Origin: the human T2T-CHM13v2.0 reference genome, Homo sapiens
Strand: one strand, 5' to 3'
Length of the DNA: 64,000 nt
Assembly: GCF_009914755.1 (NCBI RefSeq)
Contig: NC_060925.1
The position numbers and the translations under genes are program-made. Shown in pieces: positions 13,713 through 27,190 of the stretch. The notes under the pieces were generated by a model. The model searched no databases. It saw only the letters and a list, made by a program, of their open reading frames with translations, and was not told the origin of the DNA. Each line of letters starts with the position of its first letter. Position 1 is the first letter of the stretch.

Positions 13713-14006
13713 TATTTTCTTCTTCTTTTTTTTTTTTTTAATACAGGGTCTTGCTGTGTTGCCCAGGCTTGAGTGCAGCGGTGTGATAATGGCTCACTGC
13801 ACTGCAGCCCCAATCTCCCAAGCTCAAGCAATCCTCCAACCTCAGCCTCCTGTGTAGCTGGGAATACAGGGAGCTGCTGCCACCTCCCCCAGATAAATTT
13901 TGTATTTTTTTTGTAGAGATGGGGTTTTGCCATGTTGCTTGAGCAATCTGTCCACCTTGGCCTCCCAAAATGCTAAGATTACAGGTGTGAGTCACCTCTC
14001 CTGGCC
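13713..14006 (-). mobile_element. AluJ with internal left-arm deletion
   Basis: AluJ features (cagggtcttgct, gctcaagcaatcctcc); TSD cttcatttt on both sides. Confidence 0.88.
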
Positions 14007-14105
14007 CTTCATTTTCATTTATTACAAAATGTGAGCATACTGTTAAATTTTGAACACATTTGCCTTAAATTCTGCCAAGAAAAATCAACTTTATTTGTGG
14101 TAGCA

Positions 14106-14505
14106 TGTCATAATCACCTGTAGAGGCAAATGGACCCCTACCTGAGGTTTGGTTGAGACAATAACCCAATAGCCCACACACCCAGAGTGTATGAAAAGTT
14201 TCTTATTTACATAATTGAGGTCTCTGAGAACAAGCAAGGTGGGTCTTTTAAGAAAGTTCAAAACGATTTAAACAAGCATGGTTAGGAGACTGGTCTGGAT
14301 TTTTATTTTGGTTTGAGGGTGGGAGCTTGTGCACAGGATACAATTTGCATAGTTTGATTATCTACTCACCACCAGTCCTAAAGACAGAGTGCCTGAGCTG
14401 TTTGAGTTTGTCCAGATACAAAACACAAGAGGGAAAGGGAGAGGTGGGGCTTAAAAGCTATCAGTAGTCATATATCCAAAAAATGGAGTCAGTCTCCTTA
14501 TGACA
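14106..14505 (-). mobile_element. Solo LTR, probably ERVL class
   Basis: 8-bp inverted termini TGTCATAA...TTATGACA; 5-bp near-TSD tagca/cagca; aaaatggagtcag motif near the LTR 5' end. Confidence 0.7.
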
Positions 14506-14669
14506 CAGCAAAGAAGAAACATGAATTTCTTTGGTACTTTCTCATATTCATTTTAGAAAATTACTCTGAAATAGTGCTTTAATTTTATCAAGTACATTGA
14601 CCAAGTTAAATAATATTCCTGGCAGCCCCAGGAACATTTCAATAAGGTTCAACTGTCTGCTAGGGACTT

Positions 14670-14830
14670 GCTTTTCTCCCCCCTTTCATTCCTTTCTTTC
14701 TTCCTTCCTTTTCCCTTTATGTTCTGCTTCTCTGTTTTCCCTTCATTACTCCCTTCCTCCCTTCATTCTTCCCTTTTCTCTCTTTCCTTATTTTGTCTTT
14801 CTCCCTTTTCTTCTTTTTTCTTTTACTTTT
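14670..14830. repeat. Pyrimidine-rich low-complexity tract
   Basis: Runs of ttcc/tttc/ctct. Confidence 0.7.
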
Positions 14831-15379
14831 TTAAATAAGAAACTAAATTTTTTTCATAATGACATGGCAGAAGTGGTAAGAAAATAAATAATGTTTGTTT
14901 CATAATTTAGTGACTTCATATTAAACATGCGTGATGAATTGTGAAGTTAGCACTAAAGTAGTCTTTTTTATTGCTGTTGTTACTTTATGTCATTTCATTT
15001 TACACTACTCTGTGGTGGTTTATAGAACACAATTTATTGTTAACACACACTTGTACATTTTTTATTAAAGATAAAATTTAAAATGGCATATAGCATTCTA
15101 AGAAATTTTATCCAGTGTACAAAGTGGTATTCATCTTTAGTGATCATCATCTTGTTCTATGCATTCCAAATTTAAAGATAATGTTTTTATTGTTTTTACA
15201 TTGACTTAGTTCTCATTTTTTAACTTTGTGACATAAAGGAATCTTCACACATATTCTTTATAGATTATGTTTAATTTTAATTTTTGAAAACATAAAAGGT
15301 TCTCGGGCTATTTTATGATATTATTTCACTCTTTTCTAATAAAGCGTACCTATATTATCCAAACTAATTTATATTCTGT

Positions 15380-16110
15380 CAGTTCAATTCAACAAGCAAT
15401 TTTTGAATGCATATTTTTGTATCACTTTAATTTCATAAAGGTGAAGAGAATAAGAGAGAGAGGGGGACAGAGACAGAGACAGATATAAAAAAATCATATT
15501 CCTTACTGTGTTTAAGTGCTTATATTAATTATTAATATATTGGGAAATCTAAAGTTTACATAGATAAATATTAGGAAAGGGTGACACAATACAAACCATA
15601 AATTAATTAAAAATTTTAATAACAAAATTGTGCTATTTTTAAGTTTTTTTATTGCTTGATTGGGCTATTGTTATGTTTTATAAAAACAGTAGCTGCATTT
15701 AAGATGCTCAATCGTTTCTCACGGTGATTTTTTGAATAATAAAGATGATAATTATGAATAGTGAGTAGGATGAGGGTGACTATTAGCTAATACAAATCTA
15801 AGGGTTAATAAGAGAGTTGAGAAGGATTTTACAAGATAGATAGGGTCTGGAAAGGTATAGAGTAAGTTATTCCAAGTGATCATCATAAACAAAGTCATAG
15901 TGTATAGGAGGGATAGCTATGACATATAAGAATAGATGGTGAAAATTAAAGTAGAAAGTAGAAGTAGAAGGTTTTGTTGCAGAATAGTGGGTTTTGAAGC
16001 TGGCTTTGAAAATTAGCACCAGAATCTGAGGACTTCCTTTAGCTAAGGAATTTGAACACAGTGTTATAAACAATGGAGAATCAATCGAAATAATTAAAAA
16101 GGCAAAGCCA
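15380..16110 (-). mobile_element. Fragmented L2
   Basis: ttcaattcaacaagcaatttttgaatgc (antisense L2 3' end) and downstream L2-like purine-rich text. Confidence 0.4.
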
Positions 16111-16239
16111 CAATCCAATGGTATTCTGATGCATATTCTTTTATTTATTATGTGAGGTATATTGGAAGAAATGGACCTGTGAAAAAAACAATAAAAATCT
16201 AGCAATGTTGCTAGCTGAGATGCCTGGAATATAGACTCC

Positions 16240-16690
16240 AAAATGGGACTTTGAATGCAGAAAATGTATTGGACAGTATTTTCAGGATTGTCATTCATAT
16301 GGAAAGGAGAGAAAGAGTGATAGAGCAATTGTCTGTAATGAAATCACAAGATTTCATCCTTTCGGAATTGTACCAAGTTGATGTGAGAGGGTAGGGACTT
16401 AATTCTTCTATGTAGATTGGATATTGGACATATGTTAGCCATGTATATAGGGCATGAGTTTGTGCAAAGTGGACCTCTTAAGGTAAGGACAATTTACAAG
16501 ATGAGCTGAGAGCTGAGGGCTGTCAATCAGCAGCACTTCCAGCAGTTTGTGGAATAAGTCCTTTGGCCCTGAAAAGGAGATGAGAGTGGCAGAGCATAGC
16601 ATCCATTACTGTCCACTTCTGGAGCTGCACAGATCCATTCTTCATTAAACCTTTCAGGACAGATTCTCCAAAGTCCATGGTAGCCTCTCT
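16240..16690 (-). mobile_element. Old ERVL-type LTR remnant
   Basis: LTR-like motifs (gagagctgagggctgtca...agcatccattactgtccac); family uncertain. Confidence 0.35.
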
Positions 16691-17029
16691 TCCTGAAATT
16701 CTATTACATAAAGATTTGTAAGACAAACTCCAGTTCTTGTTCTACGTTTTTTCTTGACTGCAAAAAAAAAAAATCTAATTAATTATTATCCTCTCTTATT
16801 CATGCTAGATTCCTCTCATGTTCTCATTTCTGCTGTTCTATAATAAATAATGTATATTGTGACATTACTCAGACCTCCACCTCTGAAAGATCTGAGATCT
16901 TTCAACTGTCCTTTCACTATCAAAATTGAGCCGGAGAATATCAAAATAAGCTCAATGGGTTGCCATAGTACAAAAATATTCCTCCCTGTGCTTATTACAT
17001 AATAACAAATGACCAAGATGGCTTTAACA

Positions 17030-17536
17030 TTCTTAGTCAATTCTTGCTGCTATAACAAAATGCCTTAGAATGGGTAATTTATAAACAACATAAATGTATT
17101 GCTCACAGTTCTGAAGGCTGTAAATTTCCAGATCAAGGGACTGGCAGATTTAGTTCTTAAGTAAGTTGTGGTAAGTTCTGAGGTAAGTTCTAACAAACTT
17201 TCTGCTTCATGGTTGGCACCTTGTTGCTGCTTCCTCACATGGTGGAAGAGAAAAGGAAATTCCCTTGTGCCTTTTCTTTTTCTTTTTCTTTTTTTGTTTT
17301 GAGGTAAGACTCTTGCTGTGTCGCCCAGCCTGGAGAGCAGTGGTGTGATCTCAGCCCACTGCAGCCTCCACCTCCTGGGTTCAAGTGATTCTCCTCAGGG
17401 CTTAGTCACTTCTCAAAGGCCTCACCTCTTAATACTATTAAATTAGGTGCTAGGTTTTTGATATTTGAATTTTGGAAGGCCTTAGGTTTTTGACATTTGA
17501 ATTTTGGAGGGACACCAGTATTCAGATCTTATCACA
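17030..17536 (-). mobile_element. MSTD/MLT1A-like MaLR LTR
   Basis: tcttagtcaattcttgctgctataacaaaatgcctt...gctcacagttctgaaggctg...tgaattttggagggacac...attcagatcttatcaca. Confidence 0.8.
17272..17396 (-). mobile_element. Alu right-arm fragment inside the MST LTR
   Basis: T-rich tail then ttgctgtgtcgcccagcctggagagcagtggtgtgatctc...gggttcaagtgattctcc, abruptly truncated. Confidence 0.85.
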
Positions 17537-18196
17537 TATCCCTCAGGTTGATAAAACTTTACAGATTTATTTCTGACTATAACTCCCTAGTCTCTTTTTT
17601 TTTTCTTAGAACATTTACTTTAAAAAAAAGTTGCAATGATAAATTCTCTTTCTGCCCCCCTGTAAATATATTTCAGTGTTCTCCCAGATTGACAACCCAG
17701 GAAATACCTTTCTCAAAGACCTGGAAACCTTCTCTTTGAAACATAAACATCTAAGGAGATAGCATCCTTATCTCCCAATCTCTGTGGTACAGTAGAAGCC
17801 TAATTTCAATGGAAGCCAGTTAGCAGAGACAGAGGGCATAACTGCAGACAAAAAACATTCACAAACTCAGGAATAGCTCAATGAACTTGGCATGTCACAT
17901 TGGTCCACCTCCCTCCTCCCTGCCTCAAGGTCTTTCTCTCACCCTAATGCTTAAAAACCTTCACACCTTTTGTTTCAGCAGAGTTGAATTAAGTTTCTCT
18001 CCCCTCTGCAGTTGTTTTGAATGAAGTCTTTCTTGCCTCTGTAATATAAGCATTGAATGCTGCTGGATTTAGTAGTGGCTGTAATTGTGAACTTGACAGA
18101 TGCAATGTTGATGAAGGGAAAGGTAAAGGTCAGGCTGTTATGGTTCAAGAGAAAAGAGGGTAAAATTATTAATAATTGGAGGTACAGACAAGCAAA

Positions 18197-18219
18197 CTCT
18201 CTCTCTCCCTCACCCCTCT

Positions 18220-18250
<31 letters not shown>
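18197..18250. repeat. (CT)n-(GT)n compound microsatellite
   Basis: ctctctctct...gtgtgtgtgtgtgtgt. Confidence 0.9.
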
Positions 18251-18253
<3 letters not shown>

Positions 18254-18939
18254 GGAAAGTAAAACAATTGACTGGTAACTGAGGGGGAAGTGGGGCCAAG
18301 TTAGAATTTCGTAGAGATAAGATAGTAACAGCATGCTTGACTGCTGATGATAATAATCAGAAGAAAGAGATAAAAATAGATGATTCACTGAAGTGTGAGG
18401 AAAATTTTGAGAAAAAAATCTGTCATAAACATGATATAGCATGGATCTAGAACAAAGGTAGGGATATGGTCTTAGGTAAGATCAAGAAAAATTAACCAAC
18501 ATTAACAGGATGGGGGTGTTACATGCAGACACATAGGTAAGTGTGTTGGAATTAGATTGTACATGTTCTCTCTTAATTCTTCAGATTTCTTAGTAAACTA
18601 AGAAAAATGAGGTTGAGGGTGAGGCACAGGATATTTGAGGAGATAAGTCATTTGAAATCCTCTAGGAGAGAGTAGGAGTGTGAATAAAATGAGGAAACAT
18701 TGAGCTGCCAGCCAATCTTGAAGAACAATTTGAGGTTAGATCTTCATGTATTTAAAGTAAGAGCAGTCAGCATGCTTGTATTTTGTTTTTCTCCCTAAGG
18801 CATGTTTAACTGCATAAGCATGAGTGCTAAGAAAAGTTACTTAATCAAGTTGGGTTTTTGTCAAGTGAACACTAAGAGGTGGAAAGGGCACAGGAGTTGA
18901 GGATAGATGCTTCAGTGTAAGAAACAAAGTGGGATGGGT

Positions 18940-19212
18940 GTAATGATGGAAACAGTAGACACTGGGGACCACTAGATGGAGGAGAGAAGGAAGGGGACAA
19001 GCGCTGAAAAATCTATTGTGTACTATGCTGACTACTTGGGTGATGGGATTATTTGTACCCCAAACCTCAGCGTTATGCAATATACCCATATAACAAACCT
19101 GCACATGTACCTCCTGAATGTAAAAGTTAAAATTATTTTTACAAAGAAACAAAGTAGGCAAAGAATATAAAAATAGAAAAAAAATAAATCAAATAAATAA
19201 ATAAAATAAAAA
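18940..19212 (+). mobile_element. Older L1PA (L1PA15/16-like) 3' UTR fragment
   Basis: agacactggggaccactaga...accccaaacctcagcgttatgcaatatacccatataacaaacctgcacatgtacc plus A-rich tail. Confidence 0.85.
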
Positions 19213-19275
19213 TTGGTAGATCCATGGAACATAGATCCTAGTAAGGTTGAAGGATTGTTGGAGCTAGAATGCTAA

Positions 19276-19914
19276 TGATATAAGGGTTAAATAGAAATTA
19301 GGCAGTTAATGAGGGTAAGGAAGTCCTCGGTAAGGCTCCCTTTTAACAAAAAACAGCCCGAAATCATTTCTTTTCTAACAAAGAACAGCCTGTAAAATGG
19401 AGCTGCAGACATAAATAAGCAGCTGGAAGCTTGCACAGGTGAATGCCGGCAGCAGTGCCAATAGGAAAAGGCTACCTGGGGGCTAGGCATGTTCAACATG
19501 GTGGCTCCATCTTCCCTTTTCTTTGTCAACCATGTGTACAATAAGGAACAGACAATATGGTGCTGGCTGGGTAGAGAACCCATCTGCATAATAAAAGGTT
19601 AGGGTACATGGTCAGCTTCTTAGTGCACTATGCGAACGTCACACCTGGTCTGACCAATCTCTGGGGCCCTATGTAACTCAGACATCACCTCCTCAAGCTT
19701 TTCTATAAAGACCCGTGCATTTGACCACGAAACCGGAAGACCCACTGGTGTGCCTCTCTCTCTCTCTGCAGGAGAGAGAGCTATTTTCCTTTCTCTTTCT
19801 TTTACCTATTAAACCTCCACTCTTAAACTCACTTCTTGTGTGTCTGTGCCTTTGATTTCCCTGGCGGGAGATGACTGACCTTGGGTATTTACCCCAGACA
19901 ATGATGCCACTTCA
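19276..19914 (+). mobile_element. LTR9-like solo LTR (ERV1)
   Basis: Starts TGATATAAGGG...gagggtaaggaagtcctcggtaagg; ends gggtatttaccccagacaatgatgccacttCA; CCAAT, TATA-like and attaaa motifs inside. Confidence 0.8.
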
Positions 19915-20143
19915 CCAGAAGGTACAAGATAGAAAATTGCAGATGTACTCTTATTTTCAGACACTTAAAACTGATATGTTGAAGGAGTGGTATTAATAGT
20001 TACTGTTAAAAATCAGGTTTAGTGTATGACGATAGCAGGGAATAGGTAGGAGTGAGTAGGTAAGGAGGGGTGAGAAATGTTTACTGGAAGAATATAAATA
20101 TTTGGCAGACCAGTGTTTTAAGAAGTTATTTATGCAGTTATTA

Positions 20144-20463
<320 letters not shown>

Positions 20464-21045
20464 CCAATGACCTTGATGGAATAGTGCTGGAGAAATGTCA
20501 ATGATAACTGCAAAAAGAGATAGTGGATGTTATTTCAGATGGCACGAGGAAGTGGTTTTGTTATGGGCTATATGTATTAACCTATTTGTAAATTCCTAAC
20601 AAGTACTTGTCCGAAAATTTTTAGAGTCTTTAGAAAATTTATCATTAAACATACTGCCAGAATTTATGCTAAACTTTATAAATTGTTTCTCTCTAATCTG
20701 AGGATTTGGGGGTGATTTTTGTGTGTGTGCTTCTCTGCTTTCCATTGTTTTTTTTTTTAACTTAGCATTATATTTATAATACAAACACTTGTGAAAGTTG
20801 TTGAACTTACAAAAGTATTTAAACTAAAAATAAAGCTCCTTTTGCTTTTTAACTATATTATTTAATAGTTTTGGAACTTTCAATTTTTAATACATCTGAA
20901 GAAAATAAATCTGTCCATGATATGGTTTATTTCTATTTTATAATTGTCCTTGCCATGAATTGCAAGAAAAAGGATACTCAACAGATTTACTTAAAGAAAA
21001 TTAAATATCACCATCACATGTAAATTATCATTTTCCTATAACTGG

Positions 21046-22052
21046 TGTAGGGACCAGCCTCACAGGGTCGGTGGCTCTCTCCCTGTGTGAGGCGATGAGA
21101 GAGTGTAGAAATAAAGACACAAGACAAAGAGATAAGAGAAAAGGCAGCTGGGCCCGGGGGACGACTACCACCAATGCGCGGAGACTGGTAGTGGCCCCGA
21201 ATGCCAGGCTGCGCTGTTATTTATTGAATACAAGGCAGAAGGGAAAGGGTAAAGAATGTGAGTCACCTCCAATGATAGGTAAGGTCATGTGGGTCACGTG
21301 TCCACTGGACAGGGGGCCCTTCCCTGCCTGGCGGACGAGGCAGAGAAGGAGAGGAGACAGAGAGAAAGACAGCTTATGCCATTATTTCTGCAGATCAGTG
21401 ACTATTAGTATTTTCACTAATTTACTACTGCTATCTAGAAGGCAGAGCCAGGTGTACAGGATGGAACATGAAGGCGGACTAGGAGTGTGACCACTGAAGA
21501 ACAGCATCACAGGGAGACGGTTAGGCCTCCGGAAAACTGCGGGCGAGCCTGACTGATGTCAGGCCCTCCACAAGAGGTGGAGGAGCAGAGTCTTCTCTAA
21601 ACTCCCCGGGGGAAAGGGAGACCCCCTTTCCCGGTCTGCTAAGTAGCGGGTGTTGTTCCTTGACACCTTTTGCTACCGCTGGACCACGGTCCGCCTGGTA
21701 ACGGGCGTCTTCCCAGACGCTGGTGTCACCGCTAGACCAAGGAGCCCTCTGGTGGCCCTGTCCAGGCATAACAGAAGGCTCGCACTCTTGTCTTCTGGTC
21801 ACACCTCACTATGTCCCCTCAGCTCCTATCTCTGTATGGCCTGGTTTTTCCTAGGCTATGATTATAGAGTGAGGATTATTATAATATTGGAATAAAAAGT
21901 AATTGCTACAAACTAATGATTAATAATATTCATATATAATCATATCTAAGATCTATGTCTGGTATAACTATTCTTGTTTTATATTTTATTATACTGGAAC
22001 AGCTCGTGTCCTCTGTCTCTTGCCTCGGTGCCTGGGTGGCTTGCCGCCCACA
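21046..22052 (-). mobile_element. LTR13 solo LTR (HERV-K13/HML-4), complete
   Basis: 1007 bp with TG...CA termini (tgtagggaccagcc...ttgccgcccaca), flanked by direct repeat actgg; CpG-rich; matches recalled LTR13 consensus. Confidence 0.88.
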
Positions 22053-22334
22053 ACTGGCATTATTTTCATTTATAGAAATGATATCAGAGTTTATGCAAGT
22101 GGAAAGTTCAGCTTGTAAAATTAAAGATTCAATGACCTATATGATACAATAAATGATACAATTTAGAAACATTACGATTTAGGGCAACAATGTAACTTTA
22201 TAGAAAATAAACACTCAATAATTTTGTGAATTGAGAAGGCTAAGTTAAGAACTGGAGAATTTGAAGGTCTTTAAGTAAATCAATAATTTTCAAACATTAA
22301 AATATCCAAGGTAGTTATTAAAATACTGATCCCT

Positions 22335-22650
<316 letters not shown>

Positions 22651-23469
22651 TTATTTCATTTAATCAGTTTTTGTTTGTTTATTTGTTTGTTCTACTCAGA
22701 TTCTTCAAATGTACAGTCCTGGTTCAGTACCACTCATGTACAAATAATCAAAGTCCCAGGAGGAGAAATTTACATCCAAAGATCTCTTCAGTGACATACG
22801 TAGCTTTATGTCATTGTAGGAATATGAGAAATATCCTGAGTTAGTGGATAATATTGCCAAAAAATAGTAAATACACATAAAAGTGAATACTTCAGGGGAG
22901 GTAATACTAACTTATCATTTGAAAAAATACAGATTAAAGTATTTTTTTTCTAAAAACCCTTTCTGAAGAATCAAAAATGTTATGATCTAGAAATAAAATT
23001 ATGAACCAAAGATAATAGCATGATGCTGCTATAAATAAATGTATAGATTGATATCTTAAGTGTTCTGGTGCTGAGTTACTCAGAGAGAAACAGATCTCTA
23101 AGTTTCTGGTGATGAGTCACTACGTGAGAGAAATTAAAAGGACCACTAAGCTTGTATGTAGCAAGAAGGGCATAAACTTGGATGATTTTCTACCCTATTA
23201 GTCATACTGCAATATAATTTAATATAGCCTGAACTAGGCAGAACTTCAGATTCACCTTGGGGTAGAGAAAATGCAATCACTTATTATGTTCTTGTTTAAA
23301 ATTCCCCAGCCACCGCCAAATCTCCACCCCCCAATCTATCCTTCTTTTCTGGCTTGTTCTGTGCCTGGAAAAACTGGCTTCTGTGCACTATCTGACCTGG
23401 GCTTCTCTGCATGATGATTTTTGGGATTTTCAAAGAACAAGATAAGGATGTATGTGAGAAAGTAATATA

Positions 23470-23985
23470 GAAAGGCTTCTTGGAATAAAGTGAGAATATC
23501 TGGTCCAATGTGAGTGCGCACCACAGAGCATCTGATGCAAAGGGAGCTAACGCTGGTCGGCAGCTGTTTTGAAGCTTTCAACCAGCCTCTTTCTTTGATC
23601 AACAGAGTTTGATTAAAAGACTTATATACAGAATGGCCATGGCAGCAGAAATATATTCGCATTCCAAAGCCTCAACTTCATGGCCAATTTGGCTATTAAA
23701 TCTGCTGAGTGCTCAAGCTACTATTAATAGTATTGCAAGCCAGTGATGTACATGATTCCTGGGGAGGACCAGCAATCTACTTGTCAGGATGATTACAATG
23801 TACGTTTTTCATCAAGAAGCTAGTAATTTATCTTTATCACAATAGACATGTATTTATAAAATTTATTTTCTTTCCCTGTCTACAGTGAGTTTCCCGGTAC
23901 CACCATCGGTGGACTAACACAGTGCCTCATCACAGTCATGGTATTCTATTCAACATCATGTCAGACCAAGGGTCTCGATTTAAGT
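23470..23985 (+). mobile_element. ERVL internal (pol integrase) remnant
   Basis: Collinear with recalled HERV-L IN: atgtgagtgcgcacca...tggccatggcagcag...ctgctgagtgctcaa...caggatgattaca...catggtattc...tcagaccaaggg. Confidence 0.65.
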
Positions 23986-24049
23986 TACTCCAGAAAGAAG
24001 GCATCTTTGAGGAATTTGGGTTAAACTATATGGTAAAGAACACTAGCTA

Positions 24050-24500
24050 GTAAATTGCTATTTCAAGAGCTTAGCATGTGATGGAGGAAGGACATTATCA
24101 TTGCCATCCCAGCCTCAAATAAACTGCAGAAGTCTGGGCTGTAACACGTATGCATATTTTATATTAAGCAATTATTTATTTCCTTCACTCCTTTTCTTTC
24201 TTACCTTGTAGAAAGCATGAGTAGTGGTTAAAGTTCCATGTGGGAGTAGGACTGGATTGGCATCATCTGGGATGACATAGTAGCTGAAAGGTCTTCTATC
24301 TTCTTTATGTTTAGGAAGATAATTAATTTAACTAAAAGCAAAGAAAAAGTGATACCAAGTAGCAAAAATGGTAAATTAGCCTGCATATTTTATATTTACT
24401 TCTATAATGTGTTATTCAACCTTCTCTACCCTACTCTGTGACCAGGGACTTTGCAACCTACAGACTCTACCACCCAGGCTTTCTAGCTTGCTGTTAAATT
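24050..24500 (+). mobile_element. ERVL internal 3' end and start of an LTR41-like LTR
   Basis: ccttctctaccctactctgtgaccaggg resembles the start of an ERVL LTR and lies downstream of the integrase remnant. Confidence 0.35.
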
Positions 24501-25199
24501 TTAAGACCTATTAATCCTGACACTTCACAATGCTTCCTATTTTCCAGACTTGAGTTCTCAACCAAACATATGTTAACTTCTTCAATAAAAAAATGGAAAC
24601 TGAAGAGACTTCTCTGACAGTGTGTTAGGGCCCTGGCGTGAAACAATGCACCGTCTTTAGAATTATGTGGCAAATCCCTTAATATGTGATTTATTCCACT
24701 TAAATATGTTTTTAGAGTAGGACCATAAGAGAAAGTAAAAATAGAAGATTTAAGGCAAACTTATTAGGCTAGGACCAGAGGTATTGCATTTAAAATTTTT
24801 ATTTAAAAAATTTATGGATTCATAATAGTTTTACATATTCGTGGATATTATATTTTATAGTTCAAACCAGGATGTATTCCAGATTACTGAACTAAAGAAG
24901 CATTGATAAAAAGAACTATTAAGAGGTGTTGATAGGGTTCAGTAAAATATGTCTTATAAGGTACAAATATTTTAGTATAATGATTTTTGAGGTCTTGAAG
25001 GTCACCAGAAAAAATAAAAATATAATGAAAACCTTAAATTTTGGCAAATTTAAACTTAATGCTCTAAATAATAAATATTTAAGTTGTTGAACAGGGGAAT
25101 GGAAGGATAGTCTGAAGAATATTCATTTGATACCATTTTGTGGGCAGAAAGAGTAGAAACTGAAACTAGGTAAATAAACTAGGAGGCTGCTAAGTTGGT

Positions 25200-25400
25200 A
25201 AGACACAGTGTAGTGAAGAGGACTCTGAACTAGAAGTTAGAAGGCTTTTACTTGTCTTCTCAGAGTTTCAGTTTCATCAACGTTTAAGTGAAGATAGGAA
25301 GGTCTATGTAGAATGATCCAAGGTGGTTGTAGCCATTAAATAGAATGCAGTGTGAAAATGTTTTGAACATTGTAAAACACTGCACAATATAAGTTACTAT
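25200..25400 (+). mobile_element. MIR SINE
   Basis: gtgtagtgaagaggactctgaactagaagttaga...tttcagtttcatcaacgtttaagtg. Confidence 0.55.
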
Positions 25401-25757
25401 TCTCCATCTGTTTGGCTGACTTCTGGAAGTGCTGGACTAGCATGGTGCCAATAAAATTAGACAAGAGAGTATGCATTGAAATGTTTCAGTTTAGGAATAA
25501 TTGATAGCCCACAGTGACACTGAATACGGAGATAAAAAAGAAGTAGTCAATGCTGATATAAAGTTTGGAACCTCATGCCTAGGTCACGGAGAAAGGAGGC
25601 AGAATTTGATGAAACTGTTCCTTTTAGTTTAGAAATACACCAGGCAGTTGGAGATGTAAAATTTTAGCTCAAAGAAGAAGTTTAGCATACAGATATATTT
25701 AATTTGAAGACATTCCAACTAACAGACAATGAGACTCTATGAGTTGCAATATACTAT

Positions 25758-26313
25758 GGTATGTGAATTATCTTTTGCCACAATGATTCTACATAACAAA
25801 TCACTCAAAATTCAGTGGCTTAAAACAATCATTAATTTAACGCATGAATCTGTGGTGAGTGGTTCTTTTAGTGTTGATGGGGGCTCATTCATGTCTCTGT
25901 AGTCACCTGCATATCATGTTCTGCTTTTTTTGGCTGAGATTTCTTACATGTCTGGTGATCAACTGGCTGTTGGTTGTTCTAAGATGGCCTCAGCTGCACG
26001 ATTGTCAAGACACATCTCTGTTCCATGTAATTCATCCTTCAGCTGTCTATCCTGGGCATGTTCTTTTGGCAAAGCTATATTGTACAAGAGCAGTCAAATG
26101 AAAATTCAGAAGGCTTCCAGAGGCCAATAGTTAGAATTGACATAGTTATTTCTGCTATGTTTTATCTGACAAAGCAAGTTAAATGTCAGTCCAAAACCAA
26201 ACAGAGGGAAATAAACCTTGTCTCACTATTGCGAAGAATTAAGAATTAACATTAAAGGATATAGATAGATGGAGGAAAGACAAAATGAGGCCATTAATTA
26301 AATCAACCTATCA
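25758..26313 (-). mobile_element. MLT1G/H-like MaLR LTR
   Basis: ataacaaatcactcaaaattcagtggcttaaaacaa...tctaagatggcctcagctg...gacaaagcaagtt. Confidence 0.75.
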
Positions 26314-26324
26314 TGGTGATATCA

Positions 26325-27190
26325 TAAGTAATTTATTAGCAAATATTCTTTGATGTCTGTTCCAGGCACAGAGATAAAGCAATAAAGAGAGGAAAAGTTT
26401 CTGCTTAATTGAGATTATGTGTTAGTGTTTGAGGTCAGTAAAAAAAAAAAAAAAAAATAGCCAACAAAGTATCACTTAGTGATAAATGCTGTAGGAAATA
26501 CAACAGTGATACAATTGAACATGTCCAGGAGAGTAGTATGCTAGATTGAGTGGTTTATCTGTGTAGTTGATACAGAGTGAAAAAGATATTGGTATATTTG
26601 ATGATTGGAATGTAGGTAGTGTAAATGAAACCTAGACATCAAATGGTGAATAGTAAGAGGCTATGATAGAGGTAAGCAGAAAAAACAACATGTTAATCCA
26701 TGACTATGATGACAATGGTCTCAGATTTTATTCAAGTGAGATGAGAAATCATGAAGAGTTTGAAGGAGAGGAGTGTCGTTACATAATTGTATATTGAAAA
26801 TATTAATTTTGGATGTTGTGTGGATAAGAGTGGTAAGGTAGGCATATTTGATAAATCCTACTATCTTTTAATTTATAAATCAGAGATAGATAAAAGGATA
26901 TTAATTAATTAGTTAAAAGTCAAATTAAAATAAATGCTAAACCATAGCACAAGTATTATGCTGAGTGAAGCCAAAGGAAAGAAAAATTCATTTTGACAGG
27001 AGGATCTCTGAGGACTTCATAAAAATGATGGCACTTGAACTAAACATTGAAGTATGAATAGAAATTTAGTATGATGAAAAGGACATGAAAGGCATTCAAG
27101 GTACAAGGAGACAGCAACAGCTAAGGGATTGAAGTTTTTAAAATGCATTTGTGTGCAGGTGTTATTTAGGCAAGCAATGATCAAATTTCA
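26325..27190 (-). mobile_element. L2 fragments
   Basis: Antisense L2 motifs (gttccaggcacagagataaagcaataaa; agattttattcaagtgagatgagaaatcatgaagagttt). Confidence 0.5.

Larger units (their letters stand above)
16858..18045 (+). mobile_element. ERV1 LTR (MER31/MER67-like), split by an MST insertion
   Basis: ttcttagaacatttacttt...caacccaggaaatacctttctcaaagacctggaaacc...ttttgtttcagcagagttgaa...tctctcccct. Confidence 0.65.

Noticed and set aside
15867-16328. 153-aa minus-strand ORF
   Set aside because: Overlaps degraded repeats; composition typical of AT-rich chance ORFs; no recognisable domain or splice structure
17975-18442. 155-aa minus-strand ORF
   Set aside because: Reads through a microsatellite (THTHTH) and repeat remnants
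21071-21895. Several 80-140 aa ORFs and CpG-island-like composition
   Set aside because: All lie within the LTR13 solo LTR; not a gene
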